From assembly GCA_963812865.1 (NCBI GenBank), contig CAWEWV010000011.1, positions 354,910 to 418,909 on the forward strand: a stretch of 64,000 nucleotides of DNA, given 5' to 3'. Position 1 is the stretch's first letter. The number at the start of each line of letters is the position of its first letter. This document shows, piece after piece, positions 63,241-64,000 of this stretch. The position numbers and the translations under genes are program-made. Under the pieces are notes generated by a model. It was not told the origin of the DNA. It did no database searches and worked only from the letters and a program-made list of their open reading frames with translations. The stretch comes from an uncultured Acidobacteriaceae bacterium (GTDB lineage Bacteria > Acidobacteriota > Terriglobia > Terriglobales > Acidobacteriaceae).

Positions 63241-64000
63241 GCCACCACCTCATCCGCCAGCTGTGATTCCAGCGCGCTCGACCAAATCGAATTCAGTTCC
63301 GCAATCGACGCCGACACAACCTTCACTGTATCGATGTTCACCTCGAGTGAATCTCCGCCGACTGCGCCAATCTCCATCACAAACAGTCCATGCCGCTCCG
63401 CAGCCGCTTTCACTGGCGCGATTTTGTCCGGCCCGCAGCTGACAAGCACCGCACTCGCAGGCTCAGCGAACAGCATCTCCCACGGCACCGCGGCCCCGCG
63501 CGGATTCGGAGTATCGCCAATGCGAATCGTCGCTCCCCGCTTCGCGCCCAGGCACGCCTTTGCCAGCGACACCGCAAACCCTCCGCTGCCGACATCCCGT
63601 GCGGACGAGACCACGCCAGCCTCGGCCAGTTCGGCAAGAGCCTTCAGCAGCCGCGATTCTGCATCGAGACTCAGCTCTGGTGGCAATCCCCACAGGCTTC
63701 CCAGGCACGTCTTCGCGAATTCCGAGCTTCCCAGCCGGCGTAAATCGTCAGCGCGCGATTCCGCATCGGCCTCGCGAATGTCCCCGCCACGTCCCGACAG
63801 GAAGAAAATCACGTCGCCGTCGCGCCGCCAGTCTGCCGGCACGGCCTTCGTCACATCGTCCAGCAGCCCGACAATCCCGATCACCGGCGTGGGGTAAATC
63901 CCCTCACCGCGCGTCTCGTTGTAGAGAGAAACATTGCCGCCCGTGATCGGCGTCTCGAGCTTCGTGCACGCTTCAGCGATGCCATCAATCGCGGCCGACA
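63237..64000 (-). CDS. purL: phosphoribosylformylglycinamidine synthase subunit PurL, C-terminal part (5' end beyond the window)
   Basis: The reverse frame reads ...AAIDGIAEACTKLETPITGGNVSLYNETRGEGIYPTPVIGIVGLLDD...VSSARDVGSGGFAVSLAKA..., typical of the PurL C-terminal AIRS domain. Confidence 0.85.
   Translation of the reverse strand, partial: SAAIDGIAEACTKLETPITGGNVSLYNETRGEGIYPTPVIGIVGLLDDVTKAVPADWRRDGDVIFFLSGRGGDIREADAESRADDLRRLGSSEFAKTCLGSLWGLPPELSLDAESRLLKALAELAEAGVVSSARDVGSGGFAVSLAKACLGAKRGATIRIGDTPNPRGAAVPWEMLFAEPASAVLVSCGPDKIAPVKAAAERHGLFVMEIGAVGGDSLEVNIDTVKVVSASIAELNSIWSSALESQLADEVVA

Noticed and set aside
61732-63897. 721-aa plus-strand ORF
   Set aside because: It is antisense to purF and purL, both of which carry canonical motifs on the minus strand.

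Overview
High-GC bacterial chromosomal segment. The gene content (TAT-signal Gfo/Idh/MocA plus DUF1080 pair, many secreted hydrolases, a fused caa3-oxidase/bc-complex operon) looks like a soil Acidobacteriota/Terriglobia-type organism, but I cannot verify taxonomy here. Most of the window is housekeeping: dnaB (5' part), alr, acpS, a roughly 8 kb translationally coupled respiratory operon (ctaC-ctaD-ctaE, unknown membrane protein, dihaem cytochrome c, Rieske, cytochrome b-c fusion, ctaG), an ECF sigma/anti-sigma pair, alaS, tRNA-Thr(CGT), an AmiC-like amidase, acyP, apt, a GH29 fucosidase, an HTH-NfeD-flotillin-PspA operon, an S9 peptidase, rlmI, iscR-iscS, a class A beta-lactamase-like protein, ppc, and purL-purF-hemE-hemH. 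Four things deserve a second look. (1) An AT-rich island at about 41.9-44.5 kb has no mobility gene. It encodes a 2TM/coiled-coil protein and a convergent HEPN-like (R-x4-H) protein, and contains two copies of a 37-nt TTGACA-containing repeat. This is my best candidate for an uncharacterised conflict/defence-type module. (2) alaS carries an in-frame, AT-richer 201-nt insertion bounded by a 7-nt direct repeat. (3) Two paralogous small genes flank the S9 peptidase. (4) Many conserved genes are broken by single-nucleotide frameshifts, those localised falling at short homopolymer runs, in a very patchy pattern. They concentrate in iscS/iscR (44.5-46.3 kb) and a D-aminoacylase (52.3-54.0 kb), and there is a stop-less run-on ORF across purF, a small basic gene and hemE. 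Assembly or polishing error is the most economical explanation, but it needs read-level checking. I saw no CRISPR array, rRNA, transposase or integrase. Many long ORFs in the supplied track are antisense shadows typical of high-GC DNA and were not called.
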